Origin: Arenicella sp.
GTDB taxonomy: Bacteria; Pseudomonadota; Gammaproteobacteria; Arenicellales; Arenicellaceae
Length of the DNA: 24,000 nt
NCBI GenBank assembly: GCA_050633785.1
Contig: JBOEHE010000055.1
Coordinates: forward strand, 24,490 to 48,489
Direction: 5' to 3'
Of the stretch, positions 1-8,629 are shown piece by piece. A program made the position numbers and the translations under genes. Within the stretch, counting starts at the first letter, position 1. Every line of letters starts with the position of its first letter. The notes beneath the pieces were generated by a model. The model searched no databases. It saw only the letters and a list, made by a program, of their open reading frames with translations, and was not told the origin of the DNA.

Positions 1-26
1 TCTCAAACAACTGAACCGATTTATTC

Positions 27-248
27 GTGGCAAAAGAAGATCATATTGAAATGGAAGGCGTCGTTATTGACGCGCTACCCAACACACAATTTAAAGTGGA
101 ACTTGAAAATGGGCATGTCGTTCATGCACATATCTCGGGGAAAATGCGTAAGAACTATATCCGTATATTACGCGGCGATAAAGTGACTGTAGAATTAACC
201 CCTTATGACCTGACAAAAGGCAGAATTACCTATCGTCACCGTGAGTAA
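27..248 (+). CDS. infA: Translation initiation factor IF-1
   Basis: 73-aa ORF with a GTG start. The sequence [54 protein letters not shown] is the canonical IF-1 S1/OB-fold sequence and length. Confidence 0.97.
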   Translation: MAKEDHIEMEGVVIDALPNTQFKVELENGHVVHAHISGKMRKNYIRILRGDKVTVELTPYDLTKGRITYRHRE

Positions 249-404
249 TTGCTGATATCAGATAATTTCCTGTAATATTGACTAAATGTATACCGTTTGA
301 CATATATTTTTCAACGTTAATCATTTTTTACAGACGAAATCGCAGTATTGTTATATAATACGTCTAAGTGATTGGTGTTTATAGGTAATTATAGGTTAAG
401 TGCT

Positions 405-896
405 ATGGAACAAGTTCTAGTAAAAGGTAAATTAATCCTTCAAGAAGTCAAACCAAATGTTTGCAAATTGTTTTTCACTCCGGAAAACCCCGCCCTGTTG
501 AGACAGGTTGAAGGTCATTATAATTATGACTCGAAAAAAGCATTGACTGTTGTCTTGGATGGCATTGAAATAGTTGAACAAGAATTCTCTGATTTCAAAA
601 TTCAGACATGGTGGGAAAAATTTTCAAGCAGTAGTCTTAATAACAGCCATGATCATCTGGTTGAACGTTATCTGCGTCCCAATAAAGAATACTCAGCATT
701 CATCTTCACCAGCCGTTTAATGCCTGACAATGAAGTTATCTGCTTTTTATACAAAGGTAAAACTGATGTCAGCGATGGCCTGAAAATGGAATTAACACCT
801 TTTGTCATTCAAAAGAGCGTTAATAGCAAGATTTTGTATGCAATGGACGTTGGCCACAGCCAGTTGGACGAATACTCTGTTTCTTCTTATCATTGA
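405..896 (+). CDS. Hypothetical protein (orphan, no recognisable motif)
   Basis: Long uninterrupted ORF followed by a rho-independent terminator at 1021-1050. I place the start at ATG 405, with a weak AGG 9 nt upstream. The track's TTG at 372 is an alternative start. No signal peptide, TM segment or family motif recognised. Confidence 0.6.
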   Translation: MEQVLVKGKLILQEVKPNVCKLFFTPENPALLRQVEGHYNYDSKKALTVVLDGIEIVEQEFSDFKIQTWWEKFSSSSLNNSHDHLVERYLRPNKEYSAFIFTSRLMPDNEVICFLYKGKTDVSDGLKMELTPFVIQKSVNSKILYAMDVGHSQLDEYSVSSYH

Positions 897-919
897 GATA
901 ATTTAGACGAGATAATTTA
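895..919 (+). repeat. Direct repeat GAGATAATTTA x2 (895-905 and 909-919), with a third AGATAATTT copy at 260-268
   Basis: Read directly from the sequence. The first copy overlaps the stop codon of the orphan ORF. The copy at 260-268 lies just after the infA stop. Confidence 0.85.
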
Positions 920-1020
920 AACAACAGCTTCAAACAGATAAATTGGCAGTACAGCTACAATATTACAACTACAGTATTTAAAATTTAAATTTATTTTTCG
1001 CATTAAGAATACTGATAAAA

Positions 1021-1050
1021 GGCGTCAACCCAAGTGGTTACGCCTTTTTT
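1021..1050. terminator. Bidirectional rho-independent terminator
   Basis: GGCGT(C)AACC-caagt-GGTTACGCC stem-loop followed by TTTTTT on the plus strand. An A-rich run (gataaaa) precedes it, giving a U-rich tail on the minus strand. It sits between the convergent orphan ORF and the DUF1178 gene. Confidence 0.7.
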
Positions 1051-1084
1051 AATGGGTTTATAAAGTACACCCCCATCATTCAAA

Positions 1085-1600
1085 TCAGTTCAAATCATTC
1101 TTTCCAGGTAATTTTGCTGGCAAAACAAACGTGTCAATCCCCTCTTCTTGCAATTCCGTTATTTCCTCAGCAGTAGCCTGACCTCGGATATTCCGTTTAT
1201 CAGACTCTCCATAATGCATCTTGCGTGTCTCGCGTGAAAAGTCTTCACCAACATTTTCGAAGTTCTTTTCAACAAAATTATGCACAAAGCGAAGAATTTC
1301 TGCCGGACTGCCTGGCCCTGCACTGACTTTTGTTCCAATATCAGATCGATTTAGTTCCTTTTTATGCTCTCCAGTTACTTTTAGAGAACCGTCATGGCCT
1401 CCAACACCCCCAGCTTCATTGCCTTCTTTATGTGAATGACGTGCAATTTTTGCAGCAACTGGTTTTTTAACAATTTGAGTGTCGGCACAAAATGGACACT
1501 CCAACAATTCACTACTCCATTGTTGGTCATAGTCTGAAGGACTTTTAAACCAACCTTCAAACTCATGACCAAATGAACAGACTAAATCATAGATAACCAT
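1085..1600 (-). CDS. DUF1178 family zinc-ribbon protein
   Basis: The N-terminus MVIYDLVCSFGHEFEGWFKS..DYD.Q....L.CPFC matches the characteristic DUF1178 opening (C-x2-GH ... CPxC). It lies 26 nt downstream of typA on the same strand, so it is probably co-transcribed. Confidence 0.8.
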   Translation of the reverse strand: MVIYDLVCSFGHEFEGWFKSPSDYDQQWSSELLECPFCADTQIVKKPVAAKIARHSHKEGNEAGGVGGHDGSLKVTGEHKKELNRSDIGTKVSAGPGSPAEILRFVHNFVEKNFENVGEDFSRETRKMHYGESDKRNIRGQATAEEITELQEEGIDTFVLPAKLPGKNDLN

Positions 1601-1626
1601 GATGCCTATTATACACTATACAATCA

Positions 1627-3435
1627 CTACGATGCTCTCGAAGCTCTTTTGCGTTCGTGTTCCTTTAAGAAACGTTTACGTACTCGGATGCTTTCCGGAG
1701 TGATTTCAACCAACTCGTCATCATCAATAAATTCCAGAGCACCTTCCAAACTATGCTTGATAGCAGGAACTAACTGAATAGCATCGTCTTTACCAGAAGC
1801 TCGGACATTGGTTAATTGCTTGCCTTTAAGCGGGTTAACCGTTAAATCGTTATCACGTGAGTGGATACCAACTACTTGCCCCTCATAAACCATTTCCGTA
1901 GGTTTAATCATTATGCGGCCTCGTTCCTGCAAATTAAACAGAGCAAAAGCCAGGGCTTTACCACTGCCATTAGAAATCAAAACCCCATTTTTGCGTTGTC
2001 CATAAGATTTTTCTTTCTTCGGACCGTATTTATCAAATACGTGATAAATCAGACCTGAACCAGAAGTCAGAGTCATGAACTCGGTTTGAAAACCAATCAA
2101 ACCACGCGATGGGATAACGAAATCCAAGCGAACGCGCCCTTTACCATCCGGATTCATGGACTGCAAATCGCCACCACGTTCTTGCAGAGCCTGCATAACC
2201 GAACCTTGGTTCTCGTCAACTATATCCACTGTAAGTTGCTCATAGGGCTCGTGAATCGCCCCATCAACGTCCTTAAAGATAACTTCAGGCCGAGACACCG
2301 CCAATTCAAAACCTTCACGGCGCATGTTTTCGATCAATACCGACAAGTGCAATTCACCACGTCCAGATACTTTAAACTTCTCCGGATCCGGTGTATCTTC
2401 AACGCGCAAAGCAACATTGTGCAATAATTCTTTTTGTAAACGATCACGAATCTGTCGCGAAGTCAGGTATTTACCTTCCTGGCCAGCCATAGGCGACGTG
2501 TTAACCTGAAAAGTCATGGTAACCGTAGGTTCATCTACAGATAACGGCGGCAAAGCCTCTACAGCATCACGGTCGCATAAGGTATCCGATATATTGAGAA
2601 CTTCGAGGCCGGTAATCGCTACAATGTCTCCTGCAGTCGCCTGTTCAACTTCAACTCGCTCTAGACCTTTAAAACCAAACACCTGCATGACCCTACCATT
2701 ACGGGTACTTCCATCAGAAGCAACAACAGTAACAGGCGTATTCTTCCCAGCACTGCCCTGCTTGATTCGACCAATACCGATAACACCAAGATAATTGGAG
2801 TAATCCAACTGCGATATCTGCATTTGAAATGGTTCATCAATTTCAACCGGTGGTGGTGGGACATGATCAACAATCGCTTGAAATAAAGCATCCATATTTC
2901 CAGGACGTTCGTCAGCTGACTCGCAGGCAAAGCCTTCCAAGGCGGAGGCATAAATCACCGGAAAGTCCAACTGTTCATCGGTTGCACCCAAAGTGTCAAA
3001 CAAGTCGAAAGTCTGTTCCAGAACCCAGTCTGGGCGGGCACCTTCACGGTCAATTTTATTAATCACAACAATAGGTTTTAAATTGTGTTCAAAAGCCTTT
3101 TGGGTCACAAATCGAGTTTGTGGCATAGGTCCGTCTACGGCATCGACCAATAATAATACTGAGTCGACCATAGATAAAATACGCTCTACTTCGCCACCAA
3201 AATCAGCATGCCCTGGCGTATCAACGATATTAATACGATAGTCATTCCATGTAAGCGCCGTTGGCTTTGCCAAAATAGTGATACCTCGCTCTTTCTCGAT
3301 ATCATTACTGTCCATTACTCGTTCAATTAGCTCAGCGCGTTGGTCGAATGTACCAGATTGTTGAAGCAATTTATCAACCAAAGTGGTTTTACCATGATCG
3401 ACGTGCGCAATGATGGCTATGTTACGTAATTTCAT
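1627..3435 (-). CDS. typA: Translational GTPase TypA/BipA
   Basis: 602 aa. G1 motif [29 protein letters not shown] and NKID are present. The EF-G-like domain order and the C-terminal basic tail are typical of BipA. Confidence 0.97.
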   Translation of the reverse strand: MKLRNIAIIAHVDHGKTTLVDKLLQQSGTFDQRAELIERVMDSNDIEKERGITILAKPTALTWNDYRINIVDTPGHADFGGEVERILSMVDSVLLLVDAVDGPMPQTRFVTQKAFEHNLKPIVVINKIDREGARPDWVLEQTFDLFDTLGATDEQLDFPVIYASALEGFACESADERPGNMDALFQAIVDHVPPPPVEIDEPFQMQISQLDYSNYLGVIGIGRIKQGSAGKNTPVTVVASDGSTRNGRVMQVFGFKGLERVEVEQATAGDIVAITGLEVLNISDTLCDRDAVEALPPLSVDEPTVTMTFQVNTSPMAGQEGKYLTSRQIRDRLQKELLHNVALRVEDTPDPEKFKVSGRGELHLSVLIENMRREGFELAVSRPEVIFKDVDGAIHEPYEQLTVDIVDENQGSVMQALQERGGDLQSMNPDGKGRVRLDFVIPSRGLIGFQTEFMTLTSGSGLIYHVFDKYGPKKEKSYGQRKNGVLISNGSGKALAFALFNLQERGRIMIKPTEMVYEGQVVGIHSRDNDLTVNPLKGKQLTNVRASGKDDAIQLVPAIKHSLEGALEFIDDDELVEITPESIRVRKRFLKEHERKRASRAS

Positions 3436-3476
3436 AGGAATATTCCTGCAATAGGCGAAAAACTAAATAAGGCGCG

Positions 3477-3505
3477 ATTATAGGGAAAAACCGGCTAATT
3501 GCCAG
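3477..3505 (-). promoter_or_regulatory. Candidate sigma70 promoter for typA
   Basis: On the minus strand, TATAAT lies at 3482-3477 and CTGGCA at 3505-3500 with a 17-nt spacer, about 40 nt upstream of the typA ATG. This is pattern matching only. Confidence 0.3.
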
Positions 3506-3630
3506 TTAAAACTCCGTTTATAAACATAAACTCAAACACAAAAGTTTATTACTTGGCTTTATTTGAGGTTTAAGGGGTTAAAATACTGCCCTATATGCAG
3601 GAAATAATACAATTAGCTATTTTGATATTG

Positions 3631-3665
3631 TTATCCACAAACTCTGTGGATAACTTTGTGTATAA
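3631..3665. promoter_or_regulatory. Cluster of three consensus DnaA boxes (DARS-like arrangement)
   Basis: TTATCCACA at 3631-3639, TGTGGATAA at 3645-3653 and TGTGTATAA at 3657-3665. All three match TTATNCACA or its complement perfectly. The first two form a 10-bp-arm perfect palindrome (3630-3654). The third overlaps a plus-strand TATAAT at 3661-3666. Confidence 0.6.
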
Positions 3666-3712
3666 TTAGCCGGACCGCAGTACAAGCGTAGGAAATCACT
3701 AACTCGAAGAGA

Positions 3713-3733
3713 ATTGATTAATTTTTAATCAAT
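3713..3733. promoter_or_regulatory. Perfect palindrome ATTGATTAA-ttt-TTAATCAAT (possible operator)
   Basis: 9-bp arms and a 3-bp spacer, read directly from the sequence. The surrounding DNA is AT-rich, so chance occurrence is possible. Confidence 0.3.
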
Positions 3734-3805
3734 TTAAAAAATACAAAAAAATCAAACACTTACAGATGTTTGCAATATTTTACTTTAGAAACATCTATCT
3801 ACTCA

Positions 3806-3832
3806 TTGACTTTTGTAACACGACTGTAATAT
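3806..3832 (+). promoter_or_regulatory. Candidate sigma70 promoter for the RDD-family gene
   Basis: TTGACT at 3806-3811 and TAATAT at 3827-3832. The 15-nt spacer is suboptimal. It lies about 50 nt upstream of the ATG at 3882. A one-mismatch DnaA-like box, TGTTGATAA (3842-3850), lies just downstream. Confidence 0.3.
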
Positions 3833-3881
3833 TGCCCTGCTTGTTGATAACCCACTTCCAAATAAACGAAATTTAAACAAA

Positions 3882-4319
3882 ATGCTAGCAAAACCTGGAT
3901 TATTTATTCGATTACTGGTGATTATTTATGACGGCTTGTTACTGGCTGGCGTCATATTTGCCTCATACGCAATTTTATTCTCATTAAGCTTATTATTGCC
4001 TGAGAACATCAATGAAATGCAGTTGATCAAAACAATTAAGTTCATTATTTTGCTGTTGGTATCTTTTGTATTTTATGGCTGGTTCTGGGTAAACGGCGGC
4101 CAGACGCTGGGAATGAGAGCCTGGCACCTGTATCTTGTCAACGAACATGGTAAGTTTATTAGCTGGCGCCAAGCTGCGATACGCTACCTGTGCGCAGCTC
4201 TATCATGGGCGACAGTGGGTTTAGGCTTCTCCTGGATTCTAATAAGCAAAGACAAGAGTGCCTGGCATGATACGATCTCTGACAGTTTTATCGTCAAACA
4301 TAAACCGGCAAAGAGCTAG
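3882..4319 (+). CDS. RDD family membrane protein
   Basis: 145 aa with 3 predicted TM helices. The G.TLGMRA..L.LV...G..IS..QA.IRY pattern is typical of the RDD domain. Confidence 0.85.
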   Translation: MLAKPGLFIRLLVIIYDGLLLAGVIFASYAILFSLSLLLPENINEMQLIKTIKFIILLLVSFVFYGWFWVNGGQTLGMRAWHLYLVNEHGKFISWRQAAIRYLCAALSWATVGLGFSWILISKDKSAWHDTISDSFIVKHKPAKS

Positions 4320-4336
4320 CTGCTTAACTTGCCCGA

Positions 4337-5401
4337 TCAGGTTACTCGCTTTACCAAAGCCATACTGACAACAAAAATAAGTAAAGTGGGAATTATAGCG
4401 CCGATAAATGGCGGAATATTGAACAGCAATACAAAATAATTAAACGCTTTATTGAGGATAAAAAAGCCCAGACCCAACATAATTCCTGAGAATAAACCTC
4501 TACCCAGCGCCCCACTTCTAACTTGTCGAAAGACAAACGGCACCGCTAAAATCAACATTACCAAGGTTGATATAGGCGTAACGATTTTAGTCCAAAATGA
4601 CAGTTCGTAGGCCTTGGTTTCCTGCTTATTGACGTTCAGGTGTTTTATATACCGAACCAACTGCCAGATGGATAATTGATCGGGCTGAATTAAAAACACC
4701 TTGAGAATAGCAGGGCTAACTTTTGTCTCCCAATACGCTGCTTTCAAGCGGTCAGAAAAAGCATCTTCAGGATTAATAACGGTTCGTTCAATATTTTCCA
4801 GAATCCATTTGCCTTCAGCATATCGACCATTTTTGGCATTCGATAAATGGCGCAGTTGGTTTTCCTTGTCAAACTCAAATACTTTGACATTTAATAATGT
4901 CAGATCCGGCAACACTTCACCAATATTGACAAAACTTTTTTCATCACGCATCCACAAGCCAAAATCAGACTTCTGTTTAACATTTTTCTGAATAGATTCA
5001 GCCCGTATCTTGATAGCCTTGGTTTCCGTAATTGGCGCAACAATCTCCCCCAACACCATAGCTACAGCAGCTAATATAGCACCAACTTTAAGTGTGGAGA
5101 ATATAATACGCCTGATAGAAACGCCCACTGATCGCATAACAACCAATTCAGAGTCTTTGGCCATGGTCGACAAGCCAAGAATGGCACCAATCAAAGCTGC
5201 GATTGGAAAGATTTCATACAATATTTTGGGAATGCTCAAAATAACGTATTGTACTATTTGAAAAATACCATAGCCGCCATTGTCAATTTTTCCCAATTCA
5301 TCAATAAACGTCATAAAGACAAACAGGCTCACCAGTACTCCTAATACAATAGCGAACTGATTCAGCAGGTGGCGAGCAATATATCGATCAAGAATTCGCA
5401 T
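4337..5401 (-). CDS. lptG: LPS export ABC transporter permease LptG
   Basis: 354 aa. The opening MRILDRYIARHLL, the 6-TM YjgP/YjgQ architecture with a central periplasmic domain, and a 14-nt overlap with upstream lptF all fit LptG. Confidence 0.93.
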   Translation of the reverse strand: MRILDRYIARHLLNQFAIVLGVLVSLFVFMTFIDELGKIDNGGYGIFQIVQYVILSIPKILYEIFPIAALIGAILGLSTMAKDSELVVMRSVGVSIRRIIFSTLKVGAILAAVAMVLGEIVAPITETKAIKIRAESIQKNVKQKSDFGLWMRDEKSFVNIGEVLPDLTLLNVKVFEFDKENQLRHLSNAKNGRYAEGKWILENIERTVINPEDAFSDRLKAAYWETKVSPAILKVFLIQPDQLSIWQLVRYIKHLNVNKQETKAYELSFWTKIVTPISTLVMLILAVPFVFRQVRSGALGRGLFSGIMLGLGFFILNKAFNYFVLLFNIPPFIGAIIPTLLIFVVSMALVKRVT

Positions 5402-6503
5402 GAGATGTTTTCAATGGTTTTGAGAAAAAATGAGGGAACAATGACAAGTTAGCATTTCGTCGATACAGACAATATAAGGCTAGCAATAAAAATATGATGT
5501 GTACCCACCAAATTCCAGCTCCAGTTTTAACGGTACCTTTTTTGACCAGAGCCACGGAATAAGTAAACAGGTTTGAATAAATAAAGTACACCAGAAAAGC
5601 CAGCATAATGCCACTGGACTTGGCTCTTCGCGGATCAACAAAACTCAATGCTAAACCGAAAATAGCCAGAACCGGCACCAGCATGACTTTCGCAATACGC
5701 CAATACCATTCCCCACGAAGCTGAGGTTGATCAGAGTTCATGACTTCAGTATTACTGCGAGCTCGAATAGGCAAGACTGATATAGGCTTTTTCTTCGACT
5801 CAATTCGCAATGCATAGGTCTCGTAATCAATCACTCGATATTGAGTTGTTCCAGGACGACCTTCATAACGAGTACCATTTTTTAATACGAGAAATTCGTC
5901 ATTCGTTTCATCATCTACAATCTGATAGGCAGTATCGGAAACCACCACACCTTCTCTATCAAAAGAATTTTTATAGACAAATACATTCTCATAACGACTT
6001 TCACGTTTATTATATTTTTCAACAAAATATACTGCCTGACCAGTCTTTGACTCGACAAATATTCCAGGGACTACGCCAGTAATTTCATTGGCCTGCCGGT
6101 AATCATTTTCAATAGCATAACCTTTAGATAAAGTCAGCGGAGTCAAATAAAACGAGAACAAAGCAACAATCGCAGAGATAAATAAAGCCAACAACAAAAC
6201 CGGTTTGAGCAAATCAATCAGACTAAAACCCGCACTGGCCAATACTGCCATTTCATGGTCTTTATACCAACGTCCAAGCACCATGATCAGGGCTATATAA
6301 AACATCAGAGGAATCATCACATCCAAATAGGCGATCATTTTCAGAAAGACCAAGGTCAAAACAGCGTCAACCGGTATCACACCTTCCGCTGCCTGAGACA
6401 AAAAGCCCATAACTCGCAAAATCAAGAATATACAAACCACAATCACTGTCACGACAATCGCTGTTCGTAACACTTCCTGGATCAATGAACGACTGATAAT
6501 CAT
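5388..6503 (-). CDS. lptF: LPS export ABC transporter permease LptF
   Basis: 371 aa with YjgP/YjgQ topology. It is divergent from pepA, as in E. coli and most Gammaproteobacteria. Confidence 0.92.
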   Translation of the reverse strand: MIISRSLIQEVLRTAIVVTVIVVCIFLILRVMGFLSQAAEGVIPVDAVLTLVFLKMIAYLDVMIPLMFYIALIMVLGRWYKDHEMAVLASAGFSLIDLLKPVLLLALFISAIVALFSFYLTPLTLSKGYAIENDYRQANEITGVVPGIFVESKTGQAVYFVEKYNKRESRYENVFVYKNSFDREGVVVSDTAYQIVDDETNDEFLVLKNGTRYEGRPGTTQYRVIDYETYALRIESKKKPISVLPIRARSNTEVMNSDQPQLRGEWYWRIAKVMLVPVLAIFGLALSFVDPRRAKSSGIMLAFLVYFIYSNLFTYSVALVKKGTVKTGAGIWWVHIIFLLLALYCLYRRNANLSLFPHFFSKPLKTSHANS

Positions 6504-6619
6504 AAAATTTCTAATTGAACCACTTTATTTTCTGAACCGTATGATACAAACTTAAGCGCCGCTAGGTATAGAAAATTATGCACAAATTAACGATTACGGA
6601 AGAATTAGGAGTCCAATAA

Positions 6620-8098
6620 GTGAAATTTGCCCTAAAAACAGCAGTATTAAGCAGCGTAAAAACCGATTGCCTTGTTATCGGTGTCCACAAAAACAACACA
6701 ACTGAACTCTCGGACCTGCTTGGCGTTGATGTAAAATCGCTTTGCAAACAGCACTTAGACAAACAAAATGACTATGTCACATTGCATTCTCCATCACAGA
6801 TAACAGCAGAAAATGTTATTTTGGTGCGTCTTGAAAAAGACAGTAAGGGTTTACCAAAGGCAGTGATCAACGAAGTCAAACGACTTCATTATAAAGAATT
6901 AACCCTTGACATCGACACCCTTGTAGGTGAAGCAAAACAAACCGAAGAGTTTCTGCAACAACAGGACCTCTGGCTGAGACGCAGTATAGAGAGTATCGGA
7001 GACAACCTATATCAAGTAAAAAAAGAACCCTCAGGAACCGCTAAAGACACTAAATTCAATTTAAAGAAAATTGACTTTATCAGTAGCGACAAAAAGGCTG
7101 TCAAACAACTCAAACCCAGTTTACAATTGCTTGCAGCAACCGTTCAAGGCAAGAAATTTGCTCGTGATGTCAGTAACCTTCCTGGCAACATTTGCACACC
7201 AACCTACCTTGCTGCACAAGCGACTAAATTAGCTAAAGACAAAAACATTAAGACCAAAATTTTGACAGAGAAGCAAATGTCAGACCTTGGCATGCACTCT
7301 TTATTGTCCGTCAGCCGCGGTAGTCGACAACCAGCAAAACTAATCGTCATGGAATACAATGGCGCAAAAGACAAAAAAGCAGCGCCCTATGTACTCGTGG
7401 GCAAAGGCTTAACATTTGATGCCGGAGGCATATCGATTAAACCGTCAGCGAAAATGGACGAAATGAAATACGATATGTGTGGTGCGGCAAGTGTCATGGG
7501 TACCCTATTATCCGTAGCAGAACTGGAACTAGCCATTAATGTTGTTGTTATTGTTCCATCTTCTGAAAACCTGCCTGATGGCGATGCCAATAAGCCCGGT
7601 GATATCGTCACCAGCATGGCCGGCCACACCATCGAAATTCTCAATACCGATGCCGAAGGCCGTTTGATCCTGTGCGATGCTCTGACCTATGCAGAGCGTT
7701 TCAAACCTAAAATTGTGATCGATGTAGCAACTTTGACCGGTGCTTGCATTGTTGCTCTGGGTGCTCATGCCAGTGGTCTGATGGGCAATGATCAGGAACT
7801 CATTGACGATCTATTAAACGCTGGTGATAAGAGTGCAGACCGAGCTTGGCAACTACCTTTATGGGATGACTATCAAAAGCAATTGCATAGCAATTTTGCA
7901 GATATCGCCAATATCGGTGGACCAGGTGCAGGCACAGTGACCGCAGCCTGCTTTCTATCGCGCTTTACTGAAGATTATCGCTGGGCCCATTTGGATATCG
8001 CTGGCACAGCTTGGCAAAGCGGTGCACAAAAAGGGGCCACTGGCCGTTGCGTGCCACTATTGACACAATATTTATCTGACCAGGCTGAGTCGAAGTAA
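6620..8098 (+). CDS. pepA: Leucyl aminopeptidase (M17) PepA
   Basis: 492 aa with a GTG start 8 nt after AGGAG (6607-6611). M17 signature regions [30 protein letters not shown] and DVATLTGA are present. Confidence 0.95.
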   Translation: MKFALKTAVLSSVKTDCLVIGVHKNNTTELSDLLGVDVKSLCKQHLDKQNDYVTLHSPSQITAENVILVRLEKDSKGLPKAVINEVKRLHYKELTLDIDTLVGEAKQTEEFLQQQDLWLRRSIESIGDNLYQVKKEPSGTAKDTKFNLKKIDFISSDKKAVKQLKPSLQLLAATVQGKKFARDVSNLPGNICTPTYLAAQATKLAKDKNIKTKILTEKQMSDLGMHSLLSVSRGSRQPAKLIVMEYNGAKDKKAAPYVLVGKGLTFDAGGISIKPSAKMDEMKYDMCGAASVMGTLLSVAELELAINVVVIVPSSENLPDGDANKPGDIVTSMAGHTIEILNTDAEGRLILCDALTYAERFKPKIVIDVATLTGACIVALGAHASGLMGNDQELIDDLLNAGDKSADRAWQLPLWDDYQKQLHSNFADIANIGGPGAGTVTAACFLSRFTEDYRWAHLDIAGTAWQSGAQKGATGRCVPLLTQYLSDQAESK

Positions 8099-8099
8099 A

Positions 8100-8591
8100 G
8101 TGTCAGGCATTCATCAACAAGTCGATTTTTACCTGCTCAACAACTCAGTTGAGCAGGGTCGATTGAAATTAACAACCCGCCTGTGCCAGAAAATTTTGAA
8201 AACAGGCAGTTCTGCACTTATTTACCTTGATGACATGGATGACTGTCATGGCTTGGACGATTTACTATGGTCTTATCAGGCCAGTAGCTTCATTCCTCAT
8301 GCTACAACAACTAAGGCTTCAACAATTTCTGCAAAAAAATATCCTATAATGCTACATCATGGTCTACACTTAGTAGAAGATGTTATGCAGTTCGATGTTT
8401 TGATTAACTTGACAGCCAATGCAGATGACTCTTTCTTAGCATTTCCAAGAATTGTTGAAATTGTTGACAATGATTCGGATGCTAAAGTTTTAGCTAGAAA
8501 ACGGTATAAATTTTACCAGAGTCAAAGTTCATTAATGCAATCTGACAAGTCACTCAACCTCACTCTCAAAACTCATGACATAATGATTTAG
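8100..8591 (+). CDS. holC: DNA polymerase III subunit chi
   Basis: 163 aa. It starts 1 nt after the pepA stop. The N-terminal VDFYLL pattern and the pepA-holC-valS synteny fit chi. The C-terminus is about 15 aa longer than E. coli chi. Confidence 0.85.
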   Translation: MSGIHQQVDFYLLNNSVEQGRLKLTTRLCQKILKTGSSALIYLDDMDDCHGLDDLLWSYQASSFIPHATTTKASTISAKKYPIMLHHGLHLVEDVMQFDVLINLTANADDSFLAFPRIVEIVDNDSDAKVLARKRYKFYQSQSSLMQSDKSLNLTLKTHDIMI

Positions 8592-8629
8592 TTTTTTTAG
8601 TCTTTGTAAAATTAAGTACCCATTCGTAA

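Noticed and set aside
372-404. TTG start at 372 for the orphan ORF (174-aa version)
   Set aside because: The ATG at 405 is a more conventional start with a slightly better purine-rich element upstream. The first 11 codons (MVFIGNYRLSA) add nothing recognisable. Confidence is low, and either start may be correct.
1221-1572. ORFs 1221-1439 (+) and 1381-1572 (-) overlapping the DUF1178 gene
   Set aside because: They are embedded in or out of frame with the DUF1178 CDS, whose N-terminal zinc-ribbon motif identifies the real frame.
1861-3241. Multiple plus-strand ORFs of 61-113 aa (1861-2058, 2086-2427, 2324-2509, 2516-2794, 2829-3062, 2993-3241) and the minus-strand ORF 2661-2951
   Set aside because: All lie entirely inside the strongly supported typA CDS, antisense to it or out of frame. 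They have low-complexity or odd composition and no RBS, which is typical of shadow ORFs.
3436-3881. The chromosomal replication origin (oriC) as an explanation for the DnaA boxes plus AT-rich tracts
   Set aside because: Only three perfect and two one-mismatch DnaA boxes are present. There are no GATC clusters or repeated 13-mer-like DUE units. The flanking genes (typA, RDD) are not the usual oriC neighbours (dnaA, rpmH, mnmG, mioC). A DARS-like or regulatory site fits better. Origin status cannot be excluded without GC-skew analysis of the whole genome.
4320-4336. Only 17 bp between the convergent RDD gene and lptG, with no terminator
   Set aside because: Tight convergent gene ends are common, and termination may occur within the opposing coding sequence or be Rho-dependent. 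Nothing specific can be read from 17 bp.
4701-6470. Plus-strand ORFs inside lptG and lptF (4701-4991, 5010-5261, 5810-6082, 6255-6470)
   Set aside because: They are antisense to well-supported permease genes, and the His/Gln-rich or Ser/Ile-rich composition reflects the complementary codons of hydrophobic segments.
6562-6762. Minus-strand 66-aa ORF spanning the lptF-pepA spacer and the pepA 5' end
   Set aside because: It overlaps the pepA start and RBS in antisense and has no motif or RBS. The pepA frame is unambiguous.
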